Both the position numbers and the translations under genes were made by a program. The notes beneath the pieces are model-generated. The model was not told where the DNA came from and searched no databases. It saw only the letters and a program-made list of their open reading frames with translations. Below, one piece after another: positions 19,664 to 29,689 of a DNA stretch of 64,000 bases; position 1 is the stretch's first letter; each line of letters starts with the position of its first letter. Origin of the DNA: Candidatus Omnitrophota bacterium (GTDB lineage Bacteria > Omnitrophota > Gorgyraeia > Duberdicusellales > 4484-171). The stretch is from NCBI GenBank assembly GCA_041652815.1, contig JBAZGN010000001.1:509855-573854 (forward strand). The letters run 5' to 3'.

Positions 19664-21217
19664 ATGAATTTAGAGAAAACCAACAATGGAGCAAAGTGCA
19701 TAAGGGTATCAATGATAGACGATGTAACAGGATCAAAAGACGAGATTGTGCGAGATACCGTAAGTTATACGGGCAGTTCTTATGTCGGCAATATCCTGGA
19801 TGCAGTAACAAGTATAGCCATAAGAAGATTCCTGGGTCCTTTCTTGAGCGGCATCTGGGGGGTTGTGCAGATAGTGTTGAGCTATTCTTCATTTATCCAT
19901 TGCGGTATACTTTTTGGAGCTGAAAAAGAAATTCCCTACAATAGAGGAAAAGGTGAATATAAACAGGCTTCCCGTATTGCCGACGTTACGTTTAGCTTTA
20001 TTTTAGTAATTTCTCTTACCGCAGCGATATTACTTTCTCTTTGGGTATTATTTTTTGGCGGGGAATATTCACCATATGTGAAAATTGGCTTATATGCGGC
20101 TGCAATAATAACTTTATTACAACAATTATATAATTTTTATCTAACAGTTTTAAGGGCTCATAAAAAATTTACAATTATTGGCAAAACGCTATTGTTGGCT
20201 TCTTTTTTTAATTTGATATTTGTTTTTACTTTAACCAAAACGTTGCGTTTGTATGGGCTTTATATCTCAACTATTCTGACTTTATGTATTTCAACTTTTT
20301 ATTTTTTCAAGAAGTTCAATACTTATCCGAAGTTTTTTATTTCCTTAAAAGATCTTATAAATATATTCAAGATAGGATTTCCTATACTCATAATTAATCT
20401 TTCTATGACATTTTTTAGGAGCGTCGATAGGATTATTATTGCAAAAAAATTGAGTTTAGAGGATCTTGGATATTATGGTTTAGGGGTAATATTAATGAAA
20501 TATATATTATTTTTACCTACAATATTCAGCAGTGTGATATTTCCGCGATTCCAGGAGAAATATGCAAAAGCGCATAATCACAAAGATTTAAAGAATTATA
20601 TATTGACACCCACAATGATTCTTGCGTATTTAATGCCGGTTTTTATTCTTGTTACCTATTTTATAACCCCCATTCTTATTCATTTTGTATTGCCTGATTT
20701 TCGTAATTCTATGGTAGTAATTAGGTTGATTCTATTAGGTTCATTTTTTATTTCCTTATATTACCCTGCAAGTTTTTACTTTATTACCGTAAATAAAACA
20801 AAACATATAGTGCCCTTTGCGGTGGGCAGCTCCTTGTTGCTTTTATTTTTTGGAACAATGGTTGTAAACTTCAGCTGGGGAATGGAGGGAGTGGCTTTTA
20901 TCACAAGTTTATGCTATATGATTTTTACCTTTTCGCTATTGTTGCATGCCTTGAATCATATTCAATCAATAGGCGATAATCTGAAAGTTATTGGAGAAAT
21001 ATTTTCTGTATTTCTGTATTTTCTTGGAATAGCTTTTTTTATTGATAGGATAAATTTTTCCAGCAGCATATTTCTATTGGCATTTATAAAGATCATGACA
21101 ATGTTATTTTTTTCCCTGCCACTTTTGTTAATCATAAATAAAAAAACAGGTATTTTAGTATTGTTTTGGAATTTAGTGAAATCTTTCCAATCGCGCGGTA
21201 TTAAAAACAAAAAATAA
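19664..21217 (+). CDS. Wzx-type oligosaccharide flippase (MOP superfamily polysaccharide biosynthesis protein)
   Basis: 517 aa, about 12-14 transmembrane helices, and the typical N-terminal region of PF01943/PF13440 proteins. Confidence 0.65.
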   Translation: MNLEKTNNGAKCIRVSMIDDVTGSKDEIVRDTVSYTGSSYVGNILDAVTSIAIRRFLGPFLSGIWGVVQIVLSYSSFIHCGILFGAEKEIPYNRGKGEYKQASRIADVTFSFILVISLTAAILLSLWVLFFGGEYSPYVKIGLYAAAIITLLQQLYNFYLTVLRAHKKFTIIGKTLLLASFFNLIFVFTLTKTLRLYGLYISTILTLCISTFYFFKKFNTYPKFFISLKDLINIFKIGFPILIINLSMTFFRSVDRIIIAKKLSLEDLGYYGLGVILMKYILFLPTIFSSVIFPRFQEKYAKAHNHKDLKNYILTPTMILAYLMPVFILVTYFITPILIHFVLPDFRNSMVVIRLILLGSFFISLYYPASFYFITVNKTKHIVPFAVGSSLLLLFFGTMVVNFSWGMEGVAFITSLCYMIFTFSLLLHALNHIQSIGDNLKVIGEIFSVFLYFLGIAFFIDRINFSSSIFLLAFIKIMTMLFFSLPLLLIINKKTGILVLFWNLVKSFQSRGIKNKK

Positions 21218-21232
21218 TTACAGGAAAAATAA

Positions 21233-21910
21233 ATGGTAGATTTATTCAAAAAAAAGATAGAATATTATAATTCCGGAAGAAGAGAATTCTTTTCAATTTT
21301 TCCTTGGCATGCAAAACACGTATTAGATGTGGGGTGTGGAACAGGCGCGTTTGGAAAGAGTTTGAAGGAAGGGGGCATTGAGGAGGTAATTGGCATAGAG
21401 AAGAACACAGAAGCGGCAGAAATTGCCAAGAAAAATATAGATAAAGTTATAATCGCAGACATAGAATCTTTCCCTTTGGAATTAAACAAAAATTACTTTG
21501 ATGTGATTATCCTAGCCGACGTGCTTGAGCATTTACAAGATCCATGGATAATTTTAAATAAAATTAAGCCCTTGCTCAAGGATGACGGTTTTTTATTTAT
21601 CAGTATACCTAATGTCAGGTATTATCGCGTTTGGTTAAGTTTAGTTGTAAAAGGAGAATTCAAGTATGCCGATAGCGGTATTCTTGATATAGGCCATCTT
21701 AGATTTTTTACATTTAGAACAATAAAACAATATTTAAAAAATGCTAATTTTAAGATAATAAAGATTAAAAGAAACTTTTCTGGGCACATAAGTTGGTTTT
21801 TTAATGCGATACTGGCTAATATATTTGCGGATTTTTTTACAAGACAATATATATTCTTAGCCAGGCAAGAAAGAAATGATGAGATTAATAATTTCAAGAA
21901 AATATCATAA
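21233..21910 (+). CDS. Class I SAM-dependent methyltransferase
   Basis: VLDVGCGTGAFG motif I and DVIILADVLEHLQDP motif. Confidence 0.75.
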   Translation: MVDLFKKKIEYYNSGRREFFSIFPWHAKHVLDVGCGTGAFGKSLKEGGIEEVIGIEKNTEAAEIAKKNIDKVIIADIESFPLELNKNYFDVIILADVLEHLQDPWIILNKIKPLLKDDGFLFISIPNVRYYRVWLSLVVKGEFKYADSGILDIGHLRFFTFRTIKQYLKNANFKIIKIKRNFSGHISWFFNAILANIFADFFTRQYIFLARQERNDEINNFKKIS

Positions 21911-21939
21911 AGAATGTTTGTCTAGAATTACAATCTAAA

Positions 21940-22848
21940 ATGCTAAATTTTGAGATTTTCGTATTGAATTATAACGGTAAAGATTTATTAGCGGAGTGTT
22001 TGCCGACCATTATTGAAGCTTGCAAAAAAAGCAGGTATAATGGCCGCGTTACCGTAATAGATAATCAAAGCAAGGATGCAAGCGTTGAGTTCCTAAGAGA
22101 AAGTTTTCCTCAAGTTATAATACATATTGCACGAGAAAATAAAGTGCTTTGTTCGTTTAATGAAGCGGTAGAACAATCAGAAGCCGAGTTTGCAATTTTT
22201 CTTAATAACGATATAAAAGTAGAAGTTGATTTTGTTGATCCGTTATTGGAGCATTTTCATGATAACAATGTTTTTTTTATCGCGCCTTGTGTACTCAATT
22301 TCGATGGCACATTTAACGGAGGTAAATCTTATATAAAAATGAAATACGGTTTTATCAAGGTGGAAGTGGACAGAGAAATCCCTGATTTAGAGGGCATAAC
22401 ACAAAGTATTGCTTGCGGAGCATTTCGCAAAAGTATATTCTTGCAATTGGGGGGATACGATTCTCTTTATCTACCTGGTTACTGGGAAGATACGGATCTT
22501 TGCTATAGAGGGCTTAAAATGGGTTATAAAGGTATCTATGAACCGAAAAGCCGTATTTACCATAAAGAGAGCACAACTTTTGCTAAAAGCTTTTCTCAAT
22601 ATAAAAGAAAAGTTTTAGTGGATAGAAATATGTTTCTTTTTACCTGGAAAAATATATCCAGCTTTTCTATTCTGGCGCAACATCTGTTATTTTTATTACC
22701 AAGACTTTTGCATGCGCTTGTAAGCGCACAATTTCATACCATCGCTGGTTTTATTCAAGCTTTTGCAAAACTGCCAATTGTTTTTAAAAAACGTAAATGT
22801 ATTTCTGTAAAATATGGGGTGCCGGATACAGAAATAGTAAAGATATAA
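21940..22848 (+). CDS. GT2 family glycosyltransferase
   Basis: FVLNYNGKDLL...VIDNQSKD...GGYDSLYLPGYWEDTDLCYRG. Confidence 0.7.
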   Translation: MLNFEIFVLNYNGKDLLAECLPTIIEACKKSRYNGRVTVIDNQSKDASVEFLRESFPQVIIHIARENKVLCSFNEAVEQSEAEFAIFLNNDIKVEVDFVDPLLEHFHDNNVFFIAPCVLNFDGTFNGGKSYIKMKYGFIKVEVDREIPDLEGITQSIACGAFRKSIFLQLGGYDSLYLPGYWEDTDLCYRGLKMGYKGIYEPKSRIYHKESTTFAKSFSQYKRKVLVDRNMFLFTWKNISSFSILAQHLLFLLPRLLHALVSAQFHTIAGFIQAFAKLPIVFKKRKCISVKYGVPDTEIVKI

Positions 22849-22860
22849 AAAGGAGAGATT

Positions 22861-23811
22861 ATGAAACTTATTATCCAAATTCCTTGCTATAACGAAGAGG
22901 AAGCGCTCACGGTAACCATAAAATCTTTACCTCTTGAGATAACCGGGATAGATAAGGTAGAAATTTTGGTGATTAACGACGGCAGTACCGATAATACCGT
23001 TCAAGTGGCTAAGGCCCTGGGGGTAAAACATATACTGGATCTCCCGTATCACAGGGGGCTTGCGGAGGGTTTCAGGAGAGGAATAGAAAAATCTTTAGAA
23101 TTAGGAGCGGATATTATAGTGAATACAGACGCAGATAATCAATATAAAGGAGAAGATATACCAAGATTAATTAAGGGAATTATTGATAAAAAAGGAGAAA
23201 TCATAATAGGCTGTCGGGACATCTCCGCAGTAAAACATTTTTCTTGGGGCAAAAAAATACTACAAAAACTTGGCAGTTTCGTTGTGAGAAAGTTTTCTAA
23301 AACCGATATACCGGACACCACATCTGGATTTCGTGCATACAGCCGTGAAGCAGCCTTAAGGCTTAATGTGTTTTCGACCTACACCTATACCATAGAAACC
23401 ATAATTCAGGCAGGCCGGCTAGGTATTCCCATAAGTTACATTCTTATTTCCACTAACGAAAAGCTGAGAGATTCTCGATTAATAAAAAATATCCCTTCCT
23501 ACATTAAAAAGTCAGTCTCTACCATATTGCGTATTTACTTAATGTATGAGCCATTTAAAAGTTTTTTTAATCTCGGGCTAATTCCAATAATTTTTAGTTT
23601 GCTGCTTATCGTAAGATTCTTAGTTGCGCATTTCACCAAACCCCAAGGGGGGCATATCCAGTCTTTAATTGTTGCCGCCATCGCATTTATCATAGGTACA
23701 ATAATTATCATGATAGGTTTATTAGGGGATATTATTTCTGTTAATAGAAAAATCAACGAGGAGATACTTTATCGATTAAGAAAACGGGAATTTGGTAATA
23801 ATAACCTTTGA
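22861..23811 (+). CDS. GT2 polyprenol-phosphate sugar synthase with C-terminal TM helices (GtrB/ArnC-like)
   Basis: QIPCYNEEEAL...INDGSTDNT...TDADNQY and two C-terminal transmembrane helices. AAAGGAGAG RBS. Confidence 0.75.
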   Translation: MKLIIQIPCYNEEEALTVTIKSLPLEITGIDKVEILVINDGSTDNTVQVAKALGVKHILDLPYHRGLAEGFRRGIEKSLELGADIIVNTDADNQYKGEDIPRLIKGIIDKKGEIIIGCRDISAVKHFSWGKKILQKLGSFVVRKFSKTDIPDTTSGFRAYSREAALRLNVFSTYTYTIETIIQAGRLGIPISYILISTNEKLRDSRLIKNIPSYIKKSVSTILRIYLMYEPFKSFFNLGLIPIIFSLLLIVRFLVAHFTKPQGGHIQSLIVAAIAFIIGTIIIMIGLLGDIISVNRKINEEILYRLRKREFGNNNL

Positions 23812-23819
23812 AAGAATTT

Positions 23820-25550
23820 ATGATTATTTCTTTTTCTGGTATCGATGGTTCTGGGAAAAGTACTCTCGCGAAAAGGACAAAAGAATTTTTTGATTCAAAA
23901 GGTACCCCCGTAAAATTTATTGAAGTATACAAGAGCTCTATCTATCTTACGGCAGGGCGTATTTTGGGGTCGTTTTCAGCCCGTATAAAAAAAAATATCG
24001 AAAAAGCGCACGAAGAAAAAAGGGGAGTCAAGAAAATAACCCTTCATTTGCTAAGAAAAATATGCCTTCTTCTCGATATTATTATATTCGATGTACGCTC
24101 AGTGTGTTTTCGTAGAATTAATAAAGCGATAGTGTGCGACAGGTATTTTTTTGATATATTAGTACACTATATCTTTTTAGGAGTTATCAAAGAATCCGAA
24201 GTAGAATTTTTTCTGAAAATTATTCCGAAATCGACGTTTCCTATAGTGTTAACAACAAATGAAAAGATAGCCCAGGAAAGAGAAGGTGAGCATAATGATG
24301 TGTGCTACTATCAAAAGAAAAATGAGTTATATAAAAAACTTGGCAGAGATTTAGGGCTTATAATGATTGATAGTTCTTCTGAGGTAAATAGAACCTGGGC
24401 ACAGATAGAGTCTATCATAACGAAAGTCGGTAATAAAAATATATTGATGGTGAGTCGCGCAGTAGAACCGCCATGGGATGAAGCAAGTAAAAATTTAGTG
24501 CGCGACATTGTTACGTTCCTTAATAACTATAGTTTTTATATCTTTACCAAACGCCGCGGTGTTGTGTGGCACAAGGACATAACGCGGTATGATATCTATA
24601 GCGATAATACCTTACGCTTGCGCCAAAAGTTCAGGCTATTACTGTTTCTTCTTGTCCATAGATCAGATTTTGATATCTATCATTTTTGTTTTACGCCGGA
24701 ATATTTTACCTCATGCATTATCAAAAAGATCATCAGTAAGCGTAAATGCGTGCAAAGCATACCTTATATCACGCAAAAGCTCAAGACTGTTCAGGTAAAA
24801 AAACTTATCTATTCTGATGCGGTAGTGGTGAATTCTCGGTACTCACGGGATATCCTTCTTCGGAACAATATCAAGAATGTACATCTTATTTACCCCAGCG
24901 TTGATACCGCATTATTCAGCAATGCCATAGATAAAGACGTCGCAAAATATAAAACCAAGTTACGTGCAGCTCATAATGTCCTTTGGGCTGGTAAGTTTGC
25001 TACTGACTTTGAGATAAAAGCCCTGGAAGCTATAATAAGAAGCGTTTTTGCACTGGATAAAAAAATTCACTTTATTATCGCCGCACGCCTTGACGATAGA
25101 GCCCACCTTAAAAGACAGTTGACCTTGCAAGGTGCTTTACAGAACAAAAGCTTTGAAGGAAGAATTACTTTTCTAAATACCGTTGATGATATGGCGTTGC
25201 TTATGGCAGCCTGCGACGTGATGATGTATCCTTTCTTTGGCGGCTTCAAGAAAAAGATTGATATTCCTTATGTTATTATCGAAGCAATAGCTTCAGCCAT
25301 GCCCATCGTCATATCCGACAAAGCGCCGTTTGATGAAGTAATACAGGCAGGCGCGGCGTTGGCAATCGCCAAAGATGACCCTGAAGAATTTGCTAAGGCC
25401 ATAGTGATGCTTTGCAGTAATGAAACGTTTAGAAAAAAACTTGGAGACCAGAATAGGCAGGTTGCGCTTCGTCACTTTGATACGAGAAAAAATATCAGTA
25501 ACTTTGATGCGATCTATAAGACATTATTAGGTAATGGCAATAACCAATAG
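23820..25550 (+). CDS. Fusion protein: N-terminal thymidylate-kinase-like P-loop domain + C-terminal GT4 (GT-B) glycosyltransferase
   Basis: The N-terminus IISFSGIDGSGKST (P-loop) with a CDRYFFD (DRY) motif is typical of dTMP kinase. The C-terminus EAIASAMPIVISDKAPFDEV is a GT4 signature. ATG at 23820; the track's 23808 start is a TTG. Confidence 0.6.
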   Translation: MIISFSGIDGSGKSTLAKRTKEFFDSKGTPVKFIEVYKSSIYLTAGRILGSFSARIKKNIEKAHEEKRGVKKITLHLLRKICLLLDIIIFDVRSVCFRRINKAIVCDRYFFDILVHYIFLGVIKESEVEFFLKIIPKSTFPIVLTTNEKIAQEREGEHNDVCYYQKKNELYKKLGRDLGLIMIDSSSEVNRTWAQIESIITKVGNKNILMVSRAVEPPWDEASKNLVRDIVTFLNNYSFYIFTKRRGVVWHKDITRYDIYSDNTLRLRQKFRLLLFLLVHRSDFDIYHFCFTPEYFTSCIIKKIISKRKCVQSIPYITQKLKTVQVKKLIYSDAVVVNSRYSRDILLRNNIKNVHLIYPSVDTALFSNAIDKDVAKYKTKLRAAHNVLWAGKFATDFEIKALEAIIRSVFALDKKIHFIIAARLDDRAHLKRQLTLQGALQNKSFEGRITFLNTVDDMALLMAACDVMMYPFFGGFKKKIDIPYVIIEAIASAMPIVISDKAPFDEVIQAGAALAIAKDDPEEFAKAIVMLCSNETFRKKLGDQNRQVALRHFDTRKNISNFDAIYKTLLGNGNNQ

Positions 25551-26601
25551 CGAATTAATAAAAGGATATTTTCGGGCTATAGTGCAAGGCGAACGAAAAG
25601 GCCCGCCTCTTGCCTTGACCGGAGGCCCTTGTGCGCTTGCTAAAGTTATGAAATATAATGAAATGTTATATTATGCGATACTTGAGGATGATCTTGTTGG
25701 CGCGGGGAGGAAGTTTCCTGAGCAGGTCGTTATTCTTGAGCGCCAGACTTTAGCGAGAACGTTTGAATATTTAAATGAGATCACGCGCATTTTTTTAAAA
25801 AATAAGCTTAGGTTCTTTGCCATGAAAACATTTCGTTCGTACGCCTACGTTGATGGGGATATTGATTTGGTGTTGGTTGACAGAAAACCAAAGGCGCGTT
25901 ATTTAAAAGCTCTGGTTGATGCGGGTTTCCGTGAAAAATGGAATATTTCCACTATTCGGGAATCAAAGAAAAGGTTTTATGTAAAAGAAGATGAAAATAA
26001 TCAAATTGCACTTCCGGTAATCCATGTACATTTTACCGTTTCATGGAATGGTATAGATTGTTTGAATGCTCTTGATGTGTGGAATAGGCTTAGAACCATA
26101 ACGATAAACGGCAATTCCATACAGGTACCTTCGATAGAGGATGAGCTTCTGATTGCCGCCGCTCATACCCTGTATGAGAATACCTATATTACCGTTGGTG
26201 AGCTTTTACATATAAAGACACTCTTGGCGGGGAAAAAAGATCTGGATATGGAATATATGGTAAAGATGAGTAAACGCTATAATTGGTATCATTCTTTGAA
26301 ATTTTATTTTAAGTGTTTAGAGGCGTCTTTTGTGAGCTTAACCGGCCAAGAGCTTTTAAGCAAAGATTTTAAGAATAAGTTCCAGATGGAGGGTTTTACG
26401 AGGAAAACCGTGCGTTGCGATATCATCCCCTTTTTTATGGCTACACGCCCACTTATTCCTCTCTATATAGAAAAGGCCTTAAGAGATCTGGGTTCGTTAC
26501 GACTCACCAGGCTTCCGCGGGAATTGATAACATTCTGTCTTGTAATATGGCTTTATCGACACAAAAAAATCGCTAAATTCAAAGAGGCTTTTTTACAGTG
26601 A
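25534..26601 (+). CDS. Uncharacterised nucleotidyltransferase family protein (NTP_transf_5-like)
   Basis: RSYAYVDGDIDLVLVDRKPKARYLKALVDAGF matches the GD-x-D nucleotidyltransferase core of PF14907-type proteins common in glycan loci. Confidence 0.45.
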   Translation: MAITNSELIKGYFRAIVQGERKGPPLALTGGPCALAKVMKYNEMLYYAILEDDLVGAGRKFPEQVVILERQTLARTFEYLNEITRIFLKNKLRFFAMKTFRSYAYVDGDIDLVLVDRKPKARYLKALVDAGFREKWNISTIRESKKRFYVKEDENNQIALPVIHVHFTVSWNGIDCLNALDVWNRLRTITINGNSIQVPSIEDELLIAAAHTLYENTYITVGELLHIKTLLAGKKDLDMEYMVKMSKRYNWYHSLKFYFKCLEASFVSLTGQELLSKDFKNKFQMEGFTRKTVRCDIIPFFMATRPLIPLYIEKALRDLGSLRLTRLPRELITFCLVIWLYRHKKIAKFKEAFLQ

Positions 26602-26915
26602 AAAAAATAATATTATTCTTAATTTGGATTATCGGTTCGGCGGGATTAGTATATTATCTTTATTCGCATGCAAGCGACTTAAAAAGACTTCTTGCCATCT
26701 CAATACAAGATGTAATACTGCTTATTATGCTTTTAATTATTATGCAGTATTTTAATGGGCCACTACTAAAATTTATATTAGAAAAGGTCGATACGCCTCT
26801 TACTCCGGAAGAATATTTTTATTTCACCAGCATGAACACCGCGGCTAATTATTTACCATTACGAGGCGAAGCTGCGGCAACCGCGGGCGCGTTTTGCTGG
26901 ATTAAATATTTTTAA
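26598..26915 (+). CDS. Small hypothetical membrane protein (GTG start; possibly a fragment of a flippase-like/UPF0104 protein)
   Basis: Two to three transmembrane helices; GTG overlaps the upstream TGA. Confidence 0.3.
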   Translation: MKKIILFLIWIIGSAGLVYYLYSHASDLKRLLAISIQDVILLIMLLIIMQYFNGPLLKFILEKVDTPLTPEEYFYFTSMNTAANYLPLRGEAAATAGAFCWIKYF

Positions 26916-26984
26916 GCATTAAGAATTACTATTTAATATATAAAGAGGAAATGGAAGGGCCAAAAGTGTAGCTGGTAAAAATAT

Positions 26985-28523
26985 ATGATTAAGAAAAAAT
27001 CTCTATACCTCTATATTTTTTTATTTTTCTTTTCAATATTCTTATTTTTCTCTAACGGGCATTACGGAGGAGACGGCTTAGAGAACTATCTTACCGCAGA
27101 AAGCCTTGTCTTAGATAGAGATCTTAGTATCCACGATAGACCTTTTAACGTAAATGAAATGAGCTATGTCTCAAGAGGTAAAATAGATTCTTCCGGAAAA
27201 TATTATTCTCCTCACAACATAGGCATGCCAATTTTGCTTGCACCGTTTTATATTACAGGGCATTTATTATCAAAAGCCATAAATAACGGTGCAGATCATG
27301 ATTACATAACACAATTTTGCGTTTCTTTAGCCAACCCTATTATTAATGCGTTTACAGCCTTGGTCCTTTTTATATTTTTAAAACATTTACGGTTTAGCCT
27401 GAAAACGTGTTTTTTAACCACCGTATGTTACGGTTTATGCACGATGAATTTAATTTATGTTCGTTCTGGATTTTCCGAACCCGCCATAGGCATTTTTATC
27501 TTATCGGCAATGCTTCTTTTGTATAAGTTTGAAGAAAAGGAATTAATCAAATATATATCGTTAGCCAGCTTTCTTGTTGGTTATACATTACTCATAAAAA
27601 ACAATTCCTTCTTATACCTACCTTTATTTTTAGTTTACCTATTGTATAAAAGTAAAAATAAGAAATCTTTCGGTTCTCTTTCAAAATTCTTGGTTGTTTC
27701 TCTTACGCCTTTACTTTTATGCATTTTAGTATATTTCTATATTAGCTCACTAAAGGGTAGTTGCGTAAATAGTATACAAAAAACTGACGAATTGGTTAAA
27801 GAAGGCATAAAACATGGTTCTAGTATTGCCAAAGCCATATATTATTATATTTTTAGTCCGGGCAAGAGTTTCTTTTTATACAATTTGCCATTAATATTAG
27901 CTTTATTTGGCATTGGTAGCCTATGGGAAAGGAAGAAGAGTTTTGCGTTATATTGTTTAATTTTTATCTTTGCTAATATTATATTTTATATCTATCGTTT
28001 TGAAAGAGGTTCTATATTTTCATGGGGGCCACGATATTTATACCCCATTGTTCCTTTATTTTGCATATTTTTGGCAGAATTTATACAAAACATTAAAACC
28101 AAAGCAACAAAAATAACTTTCTTTTTCACAGCATTCTTAGGGTTTTTAATCCAACTACCGTGTCTCTTCGTCAGTTTTACTAAATACCTTATGTTTATTA
28201 AAGAGCAATTAGCATTGCCAGAATATTTTATTAACTTCATGCCAGAGCTAAGCCCCATACGAGGTGTATGGTTTTTATTTATTTCGTCTATCCATAGAAT
28301 ATTTTTTAAACTTTCTTTATTTTTCGAATATAATCCCGATCCTTTATTTGTTCCGGCGATTCGCAAATCCTTAGAAAATTATGATATCTGGGATATTTGG
28401 TGGATAAGTGTCAGCAAGTTCTTACCGCAAATTTACCCTATAATGGTTATTTGCGTTGTGCTCTTAGTTTTAATTGCAGTCTTAAGTTTTATTAGAATTA
28501 GGAAATTAATTTCTGAACTATAG
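26985..28523 (+). CDS. Polytopic membrane protein, probable GT-C-fold glycosyltransferase or polymerase (hypothetical)
   Basis: 512 aa, about 12 transmembrane helices, and an N-terminal periplasmic loop containing GGDGLENYLTAESL...HDRPF. Confidence 0.4.
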   Translation: MIKKKSLYLYIFLFFFSIFLFFSNGHYGGDGLENYLTAESLVLDRDLSIHDRPFNVNEMSYVSRGKIDSSGKYYSPHNIGMPILLAPFYITGHLLSKAINNGADHDYITQFCVSLANPIINAFTALVLFIFLKHLRFSLKTCFLTTVCYGLCTMNLIYVRSGFSEPAIGIFILSAMLLLYKFEEKELIKYISLASFLVGYTLLIKNNSFLYLPLFLVYLLYKSKNKKSFGSLSKFLVVSLTPLLLCILVYFYISSLKGSCVNSIQKTDELVKEGIKHGSSIAKAIYYYIFSPGKSFFLYNLPLILALFGIGSLWERKKSFALYCLIFIFANIIFYIYRFERGSIFSWGPRYLYPIVPLFCIFLAEFIQNIKTKATKITFFFTAFLGFLIQLPCLFVSFTKYLMFIKEQLALPEYFINFMPELSPIRGVWFLFISSIHRIFFKLSLFFEYNPDPLFVPAIRKSLENYDIWDIWWISVSKFLPQIYPIMVICVVLLVLIAVLSFIRIRKLISEL

Positions 28524-28594
28524 CAATCTACAAAGTTTAACCCAAGCATTTAAACCCTGAATAATTTTTGTAGTATTTTTATGAAACGTTGATT

Positions 28595-29689
28595 ATGGAT
28601 AATAAGCATATCAAAATATTATATATAACAAGAAAATACCCTCCTTCTATAGGTGGAATGCAGCGTATGAGTTATCACTTAGCGCAAGCATTAGAGAAGA
28701 AGGCTAATCTAGACAAGATTACCTGGGGATATTCTCAAGTTTTTTTACCGCTTTTTATTATAAAAGTATTACTGCAAAGTTTTATCTATACTTTTATAAA
28801 AAGAAAACAGTATAACTATATTTTGATAGGCGATGTAGCACTTTCTCCTTTAGGGGTATTTTTAAAAAAAATTATGCATACGCCTGTAATAATCATTGCT
28901 CACGGCTTGGACATTACATTTAAAAAATATTTGTATCAAAATATTGTTATGCCCTCTCTTAAAAAAGTAGACAGAATCGTTTGTGTAAGTAGCCATACCA
29001 AATCAGAATGTATTAGAAGGGCAATTGACGAGAAAAGAATAAATATAATTCCCAATGGCGTAAATATAAATACTATTTTAGATAAAATAGATGCGCGCGC
29101 AAGATTAAAAAACGAAGGTATACTTATTCCTTCCGAGTCCAAAATTTTACTATCGGTAGCGAGATTAGTTAAACGTAAGGGAATTGCTGAATTTATTGAA
29201 AATGTATTTTCTAAATTAACAAAAGAATATCCAAATGTAATTTATTTAGTAGTTGGCGATGGTGTGTGTAAATCTATAATTGAAAAGACAATCACCAAGT
29301 GTGGGCTCCAAGATAATGTTATTTTGTTAGGTAGTATCAAGGAAGAACTTTTGGCTTACCTTTATTGTAGTGCAGACATTTTCATTATGCCCAACATAAG
29401 AGTTAAAAACGATGTTGAGGGTTTTGGTATAACCGTGCTCGAAGCTTCTAGCTGTGGCATACCCACTGTTGCTTTTGGCATAGAGGGCGTACAGGATGTT
29501 ATTAGAGATGGTATAAATGGCTTTTTAGTACCTTATTGCGACTATCATATTTTTAAAGAAAAAATATCTCAGTTACTTCTTAATGAAAAAGACAAAAATG
29601 ACATAAGTGCAAAAGCAAAGGAACTAGTAAAGAATTTTTCCTGGGAGAAAATAGCAGATAGATATATTGAAATTATAAAACAAGTATAA
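28595..29689 (+). CDS. GT4 family glycosyltransferase
   Basis: EGFGITVLEASSCGIPTVAF...DGINGFLV. ATG at 28595; the track's 28589 start is a TTG. Confidence 0.75.
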   Translation: MDNKHIKILYITRKYPPSIGGMQRMSYHLAQALEKKANLDKITWGYSQVFLPLFIIKVLLQSFIYTFIKRKQYNYILIGDVALSPLGVFLKKIMHTPVIIIAHGLDITFKKYLYQNIVMPSLKKVDRIVCVSSHTKSECIRRAIDEKRINIIPNGVNINTILDKIDARARLKNEGILIPSESKILLSVARLVKRKGIAEFIENVFSKLTKEYPNVIYLVVGDGVCKSIIEKTITKCGLQDNVILLGSIKEELLAYLYCSADIFIMPNIRVKNDVEGFGITVLEASSCGIPTVAFGIEGVQDVIRDGINGFLVPYCDYHIFKEKISQLLLNEKDKNDISAKAKELVKNFSWEKIADRYIEIIKQV

